NCBI GenBank assembly: GCA_963727485.1
Contig: CAVSGM010000002.1
Coordinates: 1,216,001 to 1,280,000 of the forward strand
Length of the DNA: 64,000 nt
Source: an uncultured delta proteobacterium
GTDB lineage: Bacteria; Myxococcota; Myxococcia; SLRQ01
Direction of reading: 5' to 3'
Made by a program: the position numbers and the translations under genes. How positions within the stretch are numbered: the stretch's first letter is position 1; every line of letters begins with the position of its first letter. This document shows, in pieces, positions 40,801 to 51,037 of this stretch. Under the pieces are notes generated by a model. It was not told where the DNA came from. It saw nothing but the letters and a program-made list of their open reading frames with translations, and did no database searches.

Positions 40801-42676
40801 GGCCCGCACCCGTCGCCGAGCCGTCACCGAAGTCCCAGGCGTACGCGAGGGCCTCGGTCCCAGGATCGGTGGCGGTGCCCGAGAAGGTCAGGCTCTGGAG
40901 CTGGTCGCCGTTCGGAGCGGTCATCCCGGTGATGGTCGGCGCCACGTTGGCGATGGTGATCGACGCGGTCTTGCTGGTGGACCCCCCGGTGGTGTTGGTC
41001 GCGGTGCCGGTCACCGTGTAGGTGCCCGGGAGGCCGTAGGTGTGGGTGGTGGTCTGGCCGGTGCCGGTGCCGCCGTCGCCGAAGTCCCAGGTGTAGGTCA
41101 CCGTGTCGGCGCCCGCGTAGGTGGCGGTCATGCCCATCTGCACGCTGGTGCCCTCGTCGGCGCTCGCGGGCACGGTGACCGCGGTGACCTGGGGGGCGTT
41201 GGGGCTGATGGTGACCGTCGCGGTCTGCTGGCTGGTGCCGCCGCTGGTGTCGGCGGCGGTCACGGTCACCGTGTAGGTGCCGGCGCTGGCGTAGGTGTGG
41301 GTCACCGAGGCGCCGCTCGCGGTGGCCGTGCCGTCGCCGAAGTCCCAGGTGAAGGTGATGGGGGTGTCGGTGCCGGGGTCGGTCGCGGTGGCGGAGAAGG
41401 TGAGCGCCTGGGTGGCCATCCCGTCGGGGGCGGTCATGCCGGTGATCGTCGGGGCCACGTTGTTCACGGTGACGGTGGTGCTCGAGGTGACGATGGCGGT
41501 CCCGTCGTCGGCCTTCACCTTGACCGTGTTGACCCCGACCTGGGCGGTGTAGGGGTAGGCGACGGTGGCGCCGGTGGCATCCCCGAAGACGCCATCGTTG
41601 TTCAGGTCCCAGCTGAAGGTCACCGGGTTGCCCTTGGCGCTGGTGCCGGTGGCGGTGAGGGTGAGGGTCCCGCCCTCGGTGACCGTGTAGGGGCCGCCTG
41701 CGCTCGCCACCAGGCCCACGGGGAAGTAGGTGTGGCTGTCGAGGAAGCCGGTGGAGTTGTAGCCCCCGAAGACCCGGAGCATCCCCGCGGCGACGGCGGC
41801 GGTGGGCGCCCGGCGGACGACGAGGTCCGAGGGACCGGTGGTCCAGGCGCCGGTCTGCGAGTCGTAGATCATCACATCGCCGTAGAACGGGCCGCCCATG
41901 TTCCCGTAGGAGTCGCTGCCGTCGAGGGCGTAGATCTTGTCACCGTTGGCCGGCGCGGCGGCCAGACTGCTCCGGGCCAGGGGCATGGCGGCACCGGGCG
42001 TCCAGGTGTCGGTGGCCGGGTCGTAGACGTCCATGGTGGTGGTCGCGGTGAACGACGTCGACAGGCCGCCAAAGACGTAGATCTTCCCGTCGGAGAGGAC
42101 GACGGCCTGGTGGAGCAGTCGTCCCTGGGGCAGGGCCGAGCCGGTGGTCCAGGTGTTGGTGGCGGGATCGTAGATGCTCAGGTTGGTCATCCCGGACTCG
42201 CCGCCGAACACGTAGATGCGTCCGTCGACGCCGGTGGCGGCGGCGCAGCCCCAGCCATTGCCCTGGGGATCGGTCACGCCCATGGTCCAGGTGTCGGTGG
42301 CCGGGTCGTAGACCTGGGTGCTCCCGGCGGTGCCCCCGATGACCACCAGCTTCCCCGAGGGCGCCAGGGCCCCGCAGGCCATCCGGGTGGCCTGGGGCAG
42401 CGACGCCGCGGTGGACCAGCCGTCGGTCGCCGGGTCAAAGACCTCATGGGTCGACATCTGGGAGGAGCTGGCCTGGTTGTAGCCCCCGAAGACGTGGATC
42501 TTCCCGTTGGCGTCGGTGAGGGCGAGCGCCTGGGCCCGGGCGGTGGGCAGGGGAACGTCGGTCTGCCAGGTCTGGGCGAGGGCCACGTGGCCGGCGACCG
42601 TGGCGGCCACCAGGGCAAGGAAGGCGCCGGTCCAGGTGACCTGGCGGCTGGGGGTTCGAGGCGGGTGCGGGTGCAT
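37877..42676 (-). CDS. Kelch beta-propeller + about 13 PKD repeats + MYXO-CTERM surface protein
   Basis: Repeated GKIYVFGG...YDPATDTWT units; 12x WDFGD plus one WDLNNDG; C-terminal GCSC + TM helix + KRRR. Confidence 0.9.
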   Translation of the reverse strand: MHPHPPRTPSRQVTWTGAFLALVAATVAGHVALAQTWQTDVPLPTARAQALALTDANGKIHVFGGYNQASSSQMSTHEVFDPATDGWSTAASLPQATRMACGALAPSGKLVVIGGTAGSTQVYDPATDTWTMGVTDPQGNGWGCAAATGVDGRIYVFGGESGMTNLSIYDPATNTWTTGSALPQGRLLHQAVVLSDGKIYVFGGLSTSFTATTTMDVYDPATDTWTPGAAMPLARSSLAAAPANGDKIYALDGSDSYGNMGGPFYGDVMIYDSQTGAWTTGPSDLVVRRAPTAAVAAGMLRVFGGYNSTGFLDSHTYFPVGLVASAGGPYTVTEGGTLTLTATGTSAKGNPVTFSWDLNNDGVFGDATGATVAYPYTAQVGVNTVKVKADDGTAIVTSSTTVTVNNVAPTITGMTAPDGMATQALTFSATATDPGTDTPITFTWDFGDGTATASGASVTHTYASAGTYTVTVTAADTSGGTSQQTATVTISPNAPQVTAVTVPASADEGTSVQMGMTATYAGADTVTYTWDFGDGGTGTGQTTTHTYGLPGTYTVTGTATNTTGGSTSKTASITIANVAPTITGMTAPNGDQLQSLTFSGTATDPGTEALAYAWDFGDGSATGAGQSATHAYQMPGSYAVKLTVTDPYGGSATQAKTVTIADVPPVIGMVTAPNGNQGQTLTFSGTATDGAGDTLTYAWDFGDGTQGSGQTATHSYGTPGSYMVKLTVTDKEGMSASQTGTISIANLPPAISAMTAPGGNEGQSLTFGVTASDPGSDTLTYAWDFGDGGTGTGAAPSHAFMAPGTYTVTVTVSDGNGGTDSKTAQVTIANVAPTISAMTAPNGDEGTALTFGVTASDPGSDTLTYAWDFGDGGTGTGAAPSHTFMAPGTYTVTVTVNDGHGGTDSKTAQVTIANVAPTISAVTAPSGDEGTALTFGVTAADAGSDTLTYAWDFGDGGTATGATPSHTFMLPGTYTVTVTVDDGNGGTDSKTAQVTIANVAPQIAAMTAPGGDEGTQLAFSATATDAGSDALTYTWDFGDSTATATGADATHTFMWPGTYTVRVTVDDGHGGTATQAASVTIANVPPTLTSVTVPGTVAEGQVVDVAATGTDPGADKPSFSWDFGDGGKPSLGSSSSYVYFVPGTYTVTVTADDHQGGVVHATRQITVTNVPPVVSAMTAPDGNEAETLTFTGAGADAGHEPLLLSWDFGDGTAASIGATVTHAFALPGSYQVTLTVTDGFGGTDSLTKTVTIADVPPTLTSVTAPGGDEGSSVHLSATASDPGIGTLTYTWDFGDGTAPADGPEVDHVFAPAGTYAVTVTVADAQGETATQTVQVVIANVPPTITALDVPAVTKVGTAIQVHGEATDPGATALTYTWDFGDGSAAASGADASHAYPGHGQYTVTLTVDDGEGGTASRTAIIGVNAVGPAMDDPGPQTVAHGGTLTLALTATDTDTHAGLTFTLVSGPGSVAADGSYAYAPEASVADGDYPVTVKVTDDTGLSDQVTFTVTVTGTAGGSDGGTIGGGDGGSTGGSDGGSTGGTDGGASQTGTGAPSATGCSCDATTEGNAGAPATALVFLVLGALGVSGKRRRTRAAARR
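39678..40433 (-). repeat. Three near-identical 252-bp PKD-coding units
   Basis: gccacgttggcgatggtgacctgggcggtcttcgagtcggt recurs at 39678, 39930 and 40182. Confidence 0.85.
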
Positions 42677-42899
42677 GTCTGGGATCTCCCGAGTGACGAC
42701 GGGTTGCGGGTGTTCCCGGACGCTTGTTCACGCCCCGTGCCGGAAAATTCCCCAAGGATTCCAGCCCTCGCAGCGGGTCATCCCGGACGACCCGGGTTCC
42801 CGGTGACCCGGCCCGGGTCGCCGGGGATCCCCCGCCGGCGCGGTTTGCCCACCTTGCCCCACGCCGGCCCCATGCCCAGCCTGCCCTGGGGTTCACCCG

Positions 42900-43880
42900 G
42901 TGGCATCGTCGTCCCGCACCCGCCGCTTCGTCTTCGTCCCCGACGTCTGGGAGGGACGCGGGCGCGCCATCTCCTGCGACGGCCGGGTCCCGGGCGCCGA
43001 CCTCGAGCTCTCCCACTGGCCCGGGAACACCACCCCGGCGCCGCTCAAGGCGGACACCTCCACGGAGATCGCCCTGAACTTCGTGGCGAGCCCGGTCGCC
43101 GGCGAGTGGGCCGACGCGGTGGTCGTGAACAACCACTACGACACCGACGGGGTCCTCTCGGTGTGGACCCTGCTCCACCCGGACCTCGCCCTCGCCCGCC
43201 GGGACCTCCTGGTCGCCGCCGCCGAGGCCGGGGACTTCGAGTGCTGGCCCGACGACCGCCGGGGGCTCCTCGTGGACCTGGCCCTCTGCCGCCTCGCCGA
43301 GTCGTCCACCGACGACGCCGACGCCTACCAGATCGCCCTGCGCGAGCTCCCCGCCCTCCTCGACGGCATCGAGGGCCGGGACGACCTCTGGGGCGAGGCG
43401 TGGCTGGCGCTGCGCCGGGCCGACCGGGAGGTGGCCTGCGACGCGGTGCGGGTGCGCCGCGACGGGCCGGTGGGCGTGGTCATCCACCCGCCGGGGACGC
43501 CGCCGGTCCCGGGCCCGGTCCTCGACCGGCACCTCCGGGGCTGCCGGGGCGTGCTCCTCGCCTTCGCCGAGGGCACCCCGGGCGCCGGACCGGTCACCGG
43601 CCGCTACGCCTACCGCTACGAGCGGCCCCGGTACAGCTGGGCCGACACCCCGGACCGGCCGCGCTACGAGGGCCCGGCCCCGGACCGCCTCGCCCAGCGC
43701 CTCGGCGACGCCTGGACCGCGAAGCGGGTCCCGGGGATGACCGGCCTGGTGCGCACCACGCGGCCCATCCGCAAGCCCCCGGCCGCCGTGGCCGCCGACC
43801 TCGAGGCCCTCGACGTGGCGCCGGCCCGCGCTACTCCGCCACCAGAGCCGCCGCCGCCGCGTCCAGGGCCGCCCGCCTAG
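42900..43880 (+). CDS. Conserved hypothetical protein (DUF6687-like, DHH-phosphoesterase-like motif)
   Basis: SCDG, LELSHWPGNTTP.LKADTSTE, NNHYDTDGVLSVW, EAGDF. The start is uncertain. Confidence 0.55.
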   Translation: MASSSRTRRFVFVPDVWEGRGRAISCDGRVPGADLELSHWPGNTTPAPLKADTSTEIALNFVASPVAGEWADAVVVNNHYDTDGVLSVWTLLHPDLALARRDLLVAAAEAGDFECWPDDRRGLLVDLALCRLAESSTDDADAYQIALRELPALLDGIEGRDDLWGEAWLALRRADREVACDAVRVRRDGPVGVVIHPPGTPPVPGPVLDRHLRGCRGVLLAFAEGTPGAGPVTGRYAYRYERPRYSWADTPDRPRYEGPAPDRLAQRLGDAWTAKRVPGMTGLVRTTRPIRKPPAAVAADLEALDVAPARATPPPEPPPPRPGPPA

Positions 43881-46800
43881 CCTCGGCGGCGTCGGCGTCG
43901 TCCTCGTCGTCGGCGAAGGCCTCGGCACCCGCCTCCAGCAGCCCGGTGAGCTCGGTCAGCGACAGGCTCGCCGCCGCCTCGGCGCCGTCGAGGATCCCCG
44001 AGAGCAGCGAGCGCTTGTGCCGGTGAAGCTCGAGGATCGCCTCCTCGATGGTCCCCCGGGCCACCAGGCGCAGCACCGTCACCGAGCGCTTCTGGCCCAT
44101 GCGGTGGGCCCGGTCGGTGGCCTGGTCCTCCAGGGCCGGGTTCCACCAGGGGTCGAGGTGGATCACGTGGTCGGCGGCGGTGAGGTTGAGGCCCGTGCCC
44201 CCGGCCTTCAGCGACACCAGGAACACCGTCCCCCGCCCGCGCTGGAACGCCTCCACCAGCTGGCCGCGCTTCGCCGGGGCGGTGGCGCCGTCGAGGTAGA
44301 GGTAGTCGAGGCCCTTGGCGTCGAGGGCCTCGCGCACCAGCTTCAGGTGCCGGGTGAACTGGGAGAACACCAGCGCCCGGTGCCCCGCCTCGGTGAGCTC
44401 GTCGACGATCTCCATGAGCCGGGCGAGCTTGGACGAAGGCAGGTCGTTGCGCGGGTCGTGGAGGCGCGGGTGACAGGCGATGAGCCGCAGCCGGGTGATC
44501 GCCGAGAGGATCTCGAAGCGGTTCTGCTCGTCCCCGGGCCGGGCCTTCACCAGCCCCGAGATCCGCGCCACCGCCGCCAGGCGCGTCTCCTCGTAGAGGC
44601 GCCGCTCCGGGGCCGAGAGGCGGATCGGGACCTCCACGTCGACCCTCGGCGGGAGCTCGGTGAGGACCTCGGCCTTGGTGCGCCGGAGCACGAAGGGCCG
44701 GACCAGCCGCGCCAAGGCCTCGCGCCGCGCCCAGCTCTGCCCCCGCTCGATGGGGAGGACGAAGCGATCCCGGAACCGCCGGTAGCTCCCGAAGAGCCCC
44801 GGGAGGACCACCGAGAACAGGCTCCACAGCTCGCCGAGGTGGTTCTCCACCGGGGTGCCGGTGAGCGCCAGGCGGAAGCCGGCGTCGAGGCGGCGGGCGG
44901 CCCGGGCCCGGGCGGCCGTGGGATTCTTCACCGCCTGGGCCTCGTCGAGGACCACGGTGGCGAAGCGGGTGGCGGCGAAGCGATCGGCGTCCCGGGCCAT
45001 CAGCCCGTAGCTGACGATGACCACGTCGCCCGGGCCCGCCTGGGCGAGGAGCGCCTCCCGGTCCTTGGCCGCGCCGTAGATCACCGGGGTGAGCCCGGGG
45101 GCGAAGCGACCGCACTCCCGCACCCAGTTGGGGCACACGCTGGTGGGCGCCAGGACCAGGGTCGGGCCTTCGTCCTTCCGGTGGAGCATCAGGGCCAGGG
45201 TCTGCACCGTCTTCCCCAGGCCCATGTCGTCGGCGAGCACCGCCCCGGCGCCCCACTCGGCCAGCCGCGCCATCCACCGGAAGCCCTCGAGCTGGTAGGG
45301 GCGCAGGGTGGCCTCGAGGCCCGGGGGGGCCGGGGGATCCTTGCGCCCGGCCCGGCGGACCTTCCCGGCGAGCTCGGTCCAGGCGGCGGGGGCCTCGGCG
45401 GCCCGGGCGTCGTCGAGGAGCTCGGCGAGCTCCGGGGCGGCGGCGGCGCTGACCCGCAGCTTCTCGTCGGCGTGCTCGGCCAGGGCCGCCAGGCGCTCCT
45501 GGAGGTCCTCGGCGATGGCCAGCCACAGGCCCCCGCGCACCGGCACGTAGCGGCGGCGGTTGCGGACCGCGTCGAGGAGCAGCGCCAGGGCCACCTCCTC
45601 GCCGTCGATCTGGACGCCCCCCTGAAGCCCGAACCAGTCCCGGTGGGCGCTGACCCCGAGCGTCAGCGCCGCGACCGGGGGCGAGAGGACCCGCCAGGCG
45701 CTCATCCCCCGGGGCCACTCGACCTTCAGCGCCGGCTCGTCCCCGCGCCGCTCCAGGTGGTGCACCAGGGTGAGCGCCGGGTCGGCGCCCTCGAGGTGGT
45801 AGTCGAAGGGCCCGGCCGCCGCCAGGGGCGGGAGCGGGAGGGTGGCCAGCAGCGCCCGGACGCCTTCGGCCTCGGCCTCGAGGTCCCGGTGGGCCCACAC
45901 CCGCTGCTGGCCCACGAAGCCGGTGGCCTCCACCGGGCCGGCGCCGGGGGTGAGCACCGGGCCGCCGGGGACCGGCCGCACCCGCGCCTCGACCCGCAGC
46001 TGCTCGCCCACCGGCGCCAGGCGGAGGATGGGGGTGGCGTCGGCGACCATCTCCTCGCCCTTGAGGCTCGCAGGGAGGCGCACCGGCATCACCTCCTGGA
46101 GCGCCGGGACCCGGGCGAGGAGGGCGTCGTGGCTCTCGGAGGGGAAGAGGGCCCCGTGCTGGTGGAGGACCTGGAGCACCCGGCGCACCCCGCCGTCGAG
46201 GTCGAAGCGGGTGACGGTGGTGCCCGCGGCGTCGAGGGCCAAGAGCCCCCCGCCGGTCCCCGCGGCCTCGAGGCGGGCCATGAGGGTGTCCAGGGGGACG
46301 GTGGCGTCGTCGAGGGCGGGCTGAAGGGCGAAGGCGCCGCCGGGGCGGGGGACGGCCACCAGGCTGGCCCGCCCCTCGCGGACGGTGACCGGGCCGCCGC
46401 CGGCGAGGCGCACCCGCGGGTGGCCCACCAGGTGGCCCAGCGCCCGGTGCACCCGGCCCGGGGGGACGGTCCCGTCGGGGTCCGGGAGGAGGGCCTCGGC
46501 GGCGTGGCGGTCCGCGGGCCAGGCGGCGTCGCCGAGGGCCAGGGCGTCGCCGTCGCAGGACAGGTGCACCGCCTCGCCGTCGAGGCGCACCGTCCAGGCC
46601 AGGGGGCCCGCGGGGGGAGCCTCGGGGCCGTCGCCGAGGGCGTCGAGGAGGCGCCGCCACGGCGGCGTGCGCAGGACCGCCTCCAGGGGCGCCGCCGGGT
46701 CGCCGGAGCCGTCGCCGCCGCCGCCGGCCCGGGCGCCGTCGAGGGCCCGGAGCCGATCCAGCCAGGCGTCCACCGCCGTGAGGGCGCAGGGGCAGCCCCC

Positions 46801-47376
46801 GTCGCCACAGCGGTCGCACCGGGCGGCGAGGGGCGAGGTGTCCCAGGTGGCCAGCGGGAGGCGCACCCGGGTGATCCCGGCGCCGAGGCCCGCGTCGTGG
46901 GCGAGGGCCGGGGCGTCGGCGTCGAGGTGGAGGCGCGGGGCCCCTCGGGGATCCACCGGCCGGGGCGTCACGACCGCCCGGAGCCGGCCCCGGAGCGCGA
47001 GGAGGCGCCCGTGGAGATCGGCGAGGAGGGGATCCGCGGGCGGGGGGGCCTCGAGGCGGTCGGCCTCCTCGGCCAGCGCCGCCCGGAGCCCCGCCGCCGC
47101 CTCGGCGAGGAGCCGGCGCACCGCCGCCACCACCGTCGCGGTGCCCTCGGCCCCGAGCCGGGGCCCGAGGGTGGCCCGGGTCCACCGGTCGCCGGTGGCG
47201 AGGTCGGCGACGGTCACCGCCCCGCCGAAGGGCGCCACCTGCGCCGCCAGCGCCTCGGGGAGGTGGGGCGCCAGGGTCTGGGCGCTCCAGGCGAGGTGGC
47301 CCTCGATCCCCGCCGCCTGGGCCCACTCGAGGAGGGCGTCCCGATCCGTCGGGGGCAGCTCGGTGTCGGGGATCAC
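43831..47376 (-). CDS. SNF2-family helicase/ATPase with degenerate SWIM-like Cys cluster
   Basis: LRPYQLEGFRWM, ADDMGLGKT, DEAQ, LTGTPVENHL, LVFSQF, SLKAGGTGLNL, QATDRAHRMGQ; N-terminal RCDRC...CPC. Confidence 0.93.
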   Translation of the reverse strand: MIPDTELPPTDRDALLEWAQAAGIEGHLAWSAQTLAPHLPEALAAQVAPFGGAVTVADLATGDRWTRATLGPRLGAEGTATVVAAVRRLLAEAAAGLRAALAEEADRLEAPPPADPLLADLHGRLLALRGRLRAVVTPRPVDPRGAPRLHLDADAPALAHDAGLGAGITRVRLPLATWDTSPLAARCDRCGDGGCPCALTAVDAWLDRLRALDGARAGGGGDGSGDPAAPLEAVLRTPPWRRLLDALGDGPEAPPAGPLAWTVRLDGEAVHLSCDGDALALGDAAWPADRHAAEALLPDPDGTVPPGRVHRALGHLVGHPRVRLAGGGPVTVREGRASLVAVPRPGGAFALQPALDDATVPLDTLMARLEAAGTGGGLLALDAAGTTVTRFDLDGGVRRVLQVLHQHGALFPSESHDALLARVPALQEVMPVRLPASLKGEEMVADATPILRLAPVGEQLRVEARVRPVPGGPVLTPGAGPVEATGFVGQQRVWAHRDLEAEAEGVRALLATLPLPPLAAAGPFDYHLEGADPALTLVHHLERRGDEPALKVEWPRGMSAWRVLSPPVAALTLGVSAHRDWFGLQGGVQIDGEEVALALLLDAVRNRRRYVPVRGGLWLAIAEDLQERLAALAEHADEKLRVSAAAAPELAELLDDARAAEAPAAWTELAGKVRRAGRKDPPAPPGLEATLRPYQLEGFRWMARLAEWGAGAVLADDMGLGKTVQTLALMLHRKDEGPTLVLAPTSVCPNWVRECGRFAPGLTPVIYGAAKDREALLAQAGPGDVVIVSYGLMARDADRFAATRFATVVLDEAQAVKNPTAARARAARRLDAGFRLALTGTPVENHLGELWSLFSVVLPGLFGSYRRFRDRFVLPIERGQSWARREALARLVRPFVLRRTKAEVLTELPPRVDVEVPIRLSAPERRLYEETRLAAVARISGLVKARPGDEQNRFEILSAITRLRLIACHPRLHDPRNDLPSSKLARLMEIVDELTEAGHRALVFSQFTRHLKLVREALDAKGLDYLYLDGATAPAKRGQLVEAFQRGRGTVFLVSLKAGGTGLNLTAADHVIHLDPWWNPALEDQATDRAHRMGQKRSVTVLRLVARGTIEEAILELHRHKRSLLSGILDGAEAAASLSLTELTGLLEAGAEAFADDEDDADAAEARRAALDAAAAALVAE

Positions 47377-47521
47377 CGCGGCAGCCTAGCCAGCAGCCCC
47401 GGGGCACTTCAACCGGGGGCGCCTTTGCCGCGCCGAATGGGGCCGAGACGTGCCCCCCGCCGCGCCCCCGGGAGCTCGGCGCGCCGGCGCCCCGGCGTGA
47501 ACGATCCGTCCCCCAGCGGTC

Positions 47522-48214
47522 CTAGGGGTGGGCGCTGCCACCATCGGCGGCGGGCGTGGGCGACGCCGCCGTCCCGCCATCGGCGGCGGGCCGGGCCAGG
47601 GCCGCGGGGGTCTTGGGCTCGACCTTCGGCCGGGGCCACACGCCGGGGGTGCCGTCGGGATCCACCGGCGTCAGCTTCGCCCCGCTCTCGACCATCTGCT
47701 TGAGGCGCGCCAGCCCCAGGTCGAACTGCTGGGCGAGGCTGTGCTCGAGGGTGGCCACGAAGTAGCGGCCGATGAAGTTGCCGCCGACGCTCCCGGTGTC
47801 GTGCCAGGTGACCCGCGTGCCCCCGTCGGCCTGGGCGTAGGTGATGTCGCCGTGGTCGGTGTAGCTGCTGTTCTCGAGCTTGAGGACGTACCACAGGCCC
47901 TTGGCCGGGTCGGCGCGGGTGACCTCGAGGCGCCCGGCGCCCGAGCGCTTGCCGGTCCAGGAGAAGCTCCCGCCCTGGCCCGCGTGGTCCTTGCCGAACT
48001 CGAACTTCATGGTGGCGTCCCGGTGGCTCGCCCAGGGGGCCCAGGCGGGCCAGCGCTCCAGCTGGCTCACCCAGGGATCGATCTGGGCCGCCGGCGCGTG
48101 GATCACCACCGACTGGGACACGTCCCAGGTGGTGGGCAGGAAGAAGCCGATCCCGATGGCGAGGGCGACGCCGAGGCCGAAGAGAACGAGGACGTAGCGA
48201 AGCCAGGTGGACAT
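47522..48214 (-). CDS. SRPBCC (START/polyketide cyclase-like) protein with N-terminal TM helix
   Basis: LPTTWDVSQSVVIHAP, WPAWAPW, GGTRVTW, GLARLKQMVE. Confidence 0.85.
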   Translation of the reverse strand: MSTWLRYVLVLFGLGVALAIGIGFFLPTTWDVSQSVVIHAPAAQIDPWVSQLERWPAWAPWASHRDATMKFEFGKDHAGQGGSFSWTGKRSGAGRLEVTRADPAKGLWYVLKLENSSYTDHGDITYAQADGGTRVTWHDTGSVGGNFIGRYFVATLEHSLAQQFDLGLARLKQMVESGAKLTPVDPDGTPGVWPRPKVEPKTPAALARPAADGGTAASPTPAADGGSAHP

Positions 48215-48266
48215 GGGGTCTCCGGAGGCGCGGGGAGGCGCATCGTCCTCGCCCAGGGGCCTGGGG

Positions 48267-49345
48267 TCAAGGCGCCTCGGGGCCGAGGCCGAGGCCCGGG
48301 GCGTCGCCGGGGATCACCGCCGGGCCGCGCACCCGGACGGGCCCCGCGCCGGGCCAGTCCACGAGGCCCGGGTGGGCCGAGAGGCCCGAGGCCAGCGGCG
48401 GCGGATCGAGGGCCAGGGCCAGCTCGGCGGCGGCGGCGAGGCCCGCCTTTCCGTCGAGGGCGTGGGTCACCACCACGGCGAGGCCGGCGTCCCGGGCCCG
48501 GCGGGCGAGGGCCCGGGCGGCGAGGAGGCCCCCGAGGAACGCGGGCTTGAGGATCGCCACCGAGAAGATCCCGGCGGCGAGGACCGCCTCGAGGCCGCCC
48601 GGTCGCTCCAGGGGGGCGTCGGCGGCCAGCGGCACGCGGCGGCGTCCGGGGCGGCGCCCGGGGCGGCCAGGGCCCGGGCGAGGGCGGGCAGATCCGCCGG
48701 CGCGACCGGGTCCTCGACGTAGGCGAGCCCGAGGTCCGAGAGGGCCGCCAGGTGCCCGGGGGCGTCGGCGACCGGCCAGGCGCCGCCCACGTCGAGGCGC
48801 AGGGCCAGCGCCGCCCCCCCGGCGGCCCGGGCGGCGGCGAGGCCGGCGCGGACCGCGGCGAGGGTCGCCCCGGCGCCCTTCACCTTCAGGGCCCGGTAGC
48901 CCGCGGCCCGGGCGGCCGCCGCCGCCGCCCCCGCCGACGCGGGATCCGGCGCCAGGGCGTTGACCGCCACCGGCGCCGGCGCCGGCGCGTCCGGGTCCCG
49001 GAGCAGCGCCCACACCGGCCGCCCCAGGCGCCGGCCCAGCAGATCGAGGAGCGCCGTCTCCAGGGCGAAGGTCGCCGAGGGCACCCGCGCCGGGACCAGG
49101 CCCGCGGCGCCGAGGCCGGCGAGGGCCGCGGCGACCCCGGCCACCGAGGGCGCGACCTCGAAGGCCCCACCGGCGCGCACCGCCGCCAGGGCCGCCCGGG
49201 CGGCGGGGAGGTCGTCGGCGGTGCGGCCGGCCAGCGGCGCCGCGTCCCCGACCCCGAGGTGGCCGGCGTCGTCGGCGAGGCGGACCACCAGCCCCGGCCG
49301 GCTCGCCGGGCCGGCGGCGTCGAGGCTGGCGAGGCGTACCCGCAC
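48267..49345 (-). CDS. menC: o-succinylbenzoate synthase (enolase superfamily); frameshift near 48640
   Basis: GVGDAAPL, FALETALLDL, VNAL, LKVK, LRLDVGGAW, YVEDP; second frame VPLAAD, ILKPAFLGG, VVVTHALD. Men operon context. Confidence 0.78.
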
Positions 49346-49349
49346 CGGG

Positions 49350-50260
<911 letters not shown>

Positions 50261-50264
<4 letters not shown>

Positions 50265-51037
50265 GGGCGCGGGGCCTCCACCCTTGCCCCGGGGGCGCCG
50301 GCGTCGTCGGCGAGGAGGGCGGCGAGGCGCGCCGGGGCCTCCACCAGGGGGTTGTGGCCGAGGCCCGGGAGGGTCACCGCCTCGGCGCCGGGGATCGCGG
50401 CGGCCAGGGGCCCGGCCAGGCGCCGGAACTTCTCGTCCTCGCCCCCGGCGACCAGGCGCACCGGCACCCGGATGCCTGCGAGGGCGGGCCGGTAGTCGGG
50501 CTGGGCCGAGAGGCCGAGGACGGCCAGGGCCCGGGCCAGCCCGGCGGGATCGTGGCCCCGGCGGATCGCCGACTGGGCGGCGAGGACCTCCGGCGCGGCG
50601 GCGCGCTGGGTGTCGAAGAGGGGCAGGGCCTCCCAGGCGGCGAGGAAGGCCTCGAGGCCCTCGTGGCGCAAGAGCGCGATCCACCGCCCCTCCCACTGGG
50701 CCCGCGCCCACCGCTCGGGCCCCTCGGGGAGGCCCGGGTGGACGCCGATGAGGGTGGCCCGGGCGAAGCGCTTCGGGTGGCGCAGGAGCAGCCCCAGGGC
50801 CACCCGGCTCCCCATGGAGTAGCCGACCAGGTGCGCCGGGCGGTCGAGGGTGCCGGCGATCTGCTCGGCGAGGGCGTCGACCGCGGCCTCGAAGTCCGCC
50901 GCCTCCGGGGCGTCGGGGTGGTGACCGGGGAGGTTCAGGGCCACGGCGGTGCGCCCCGGACGCAGGTGCTCGAGGACCGGGGCGAAGGACTCGGCGCGGC
51001 CGGTGAAGCCGTGGAGGAGGACGAGGGGCAGTTCCAT
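50261..51037 (-). CDS. menH: SHCHC synthase (alpha/beta hydrolase)
   Basis: [40 protein letters not shown]. Confidence 0.9.

Noticed and set aside
42780..42855. GGGCAAACC on the minus strand upstream of the Kelch/PKD gene, resembling a c-di-GMP-I riboswitch start
   Set aside because: The GAAA tetraloop and GACGCAAAGC junction elements are missing.
42900..47376. SNF2 helicase plus DHH-like neighbour as an anti-phage system
   Set aside because: The genes are convergent, with no methylase or nuclease partner and normal GC. Solitary SWIM-SNF2 genes are common in such genomes.
29874..47703. Very long ORFs antisense to real genes (29874..35765, 37271..44026, 44017..47703, and many similar ones elsewhere)
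   Set aside because: These are shadow frames caused by extreme GC3 bias. The translations are low-complexity, with no motifs, and the opposite strand has clear domain signatures.
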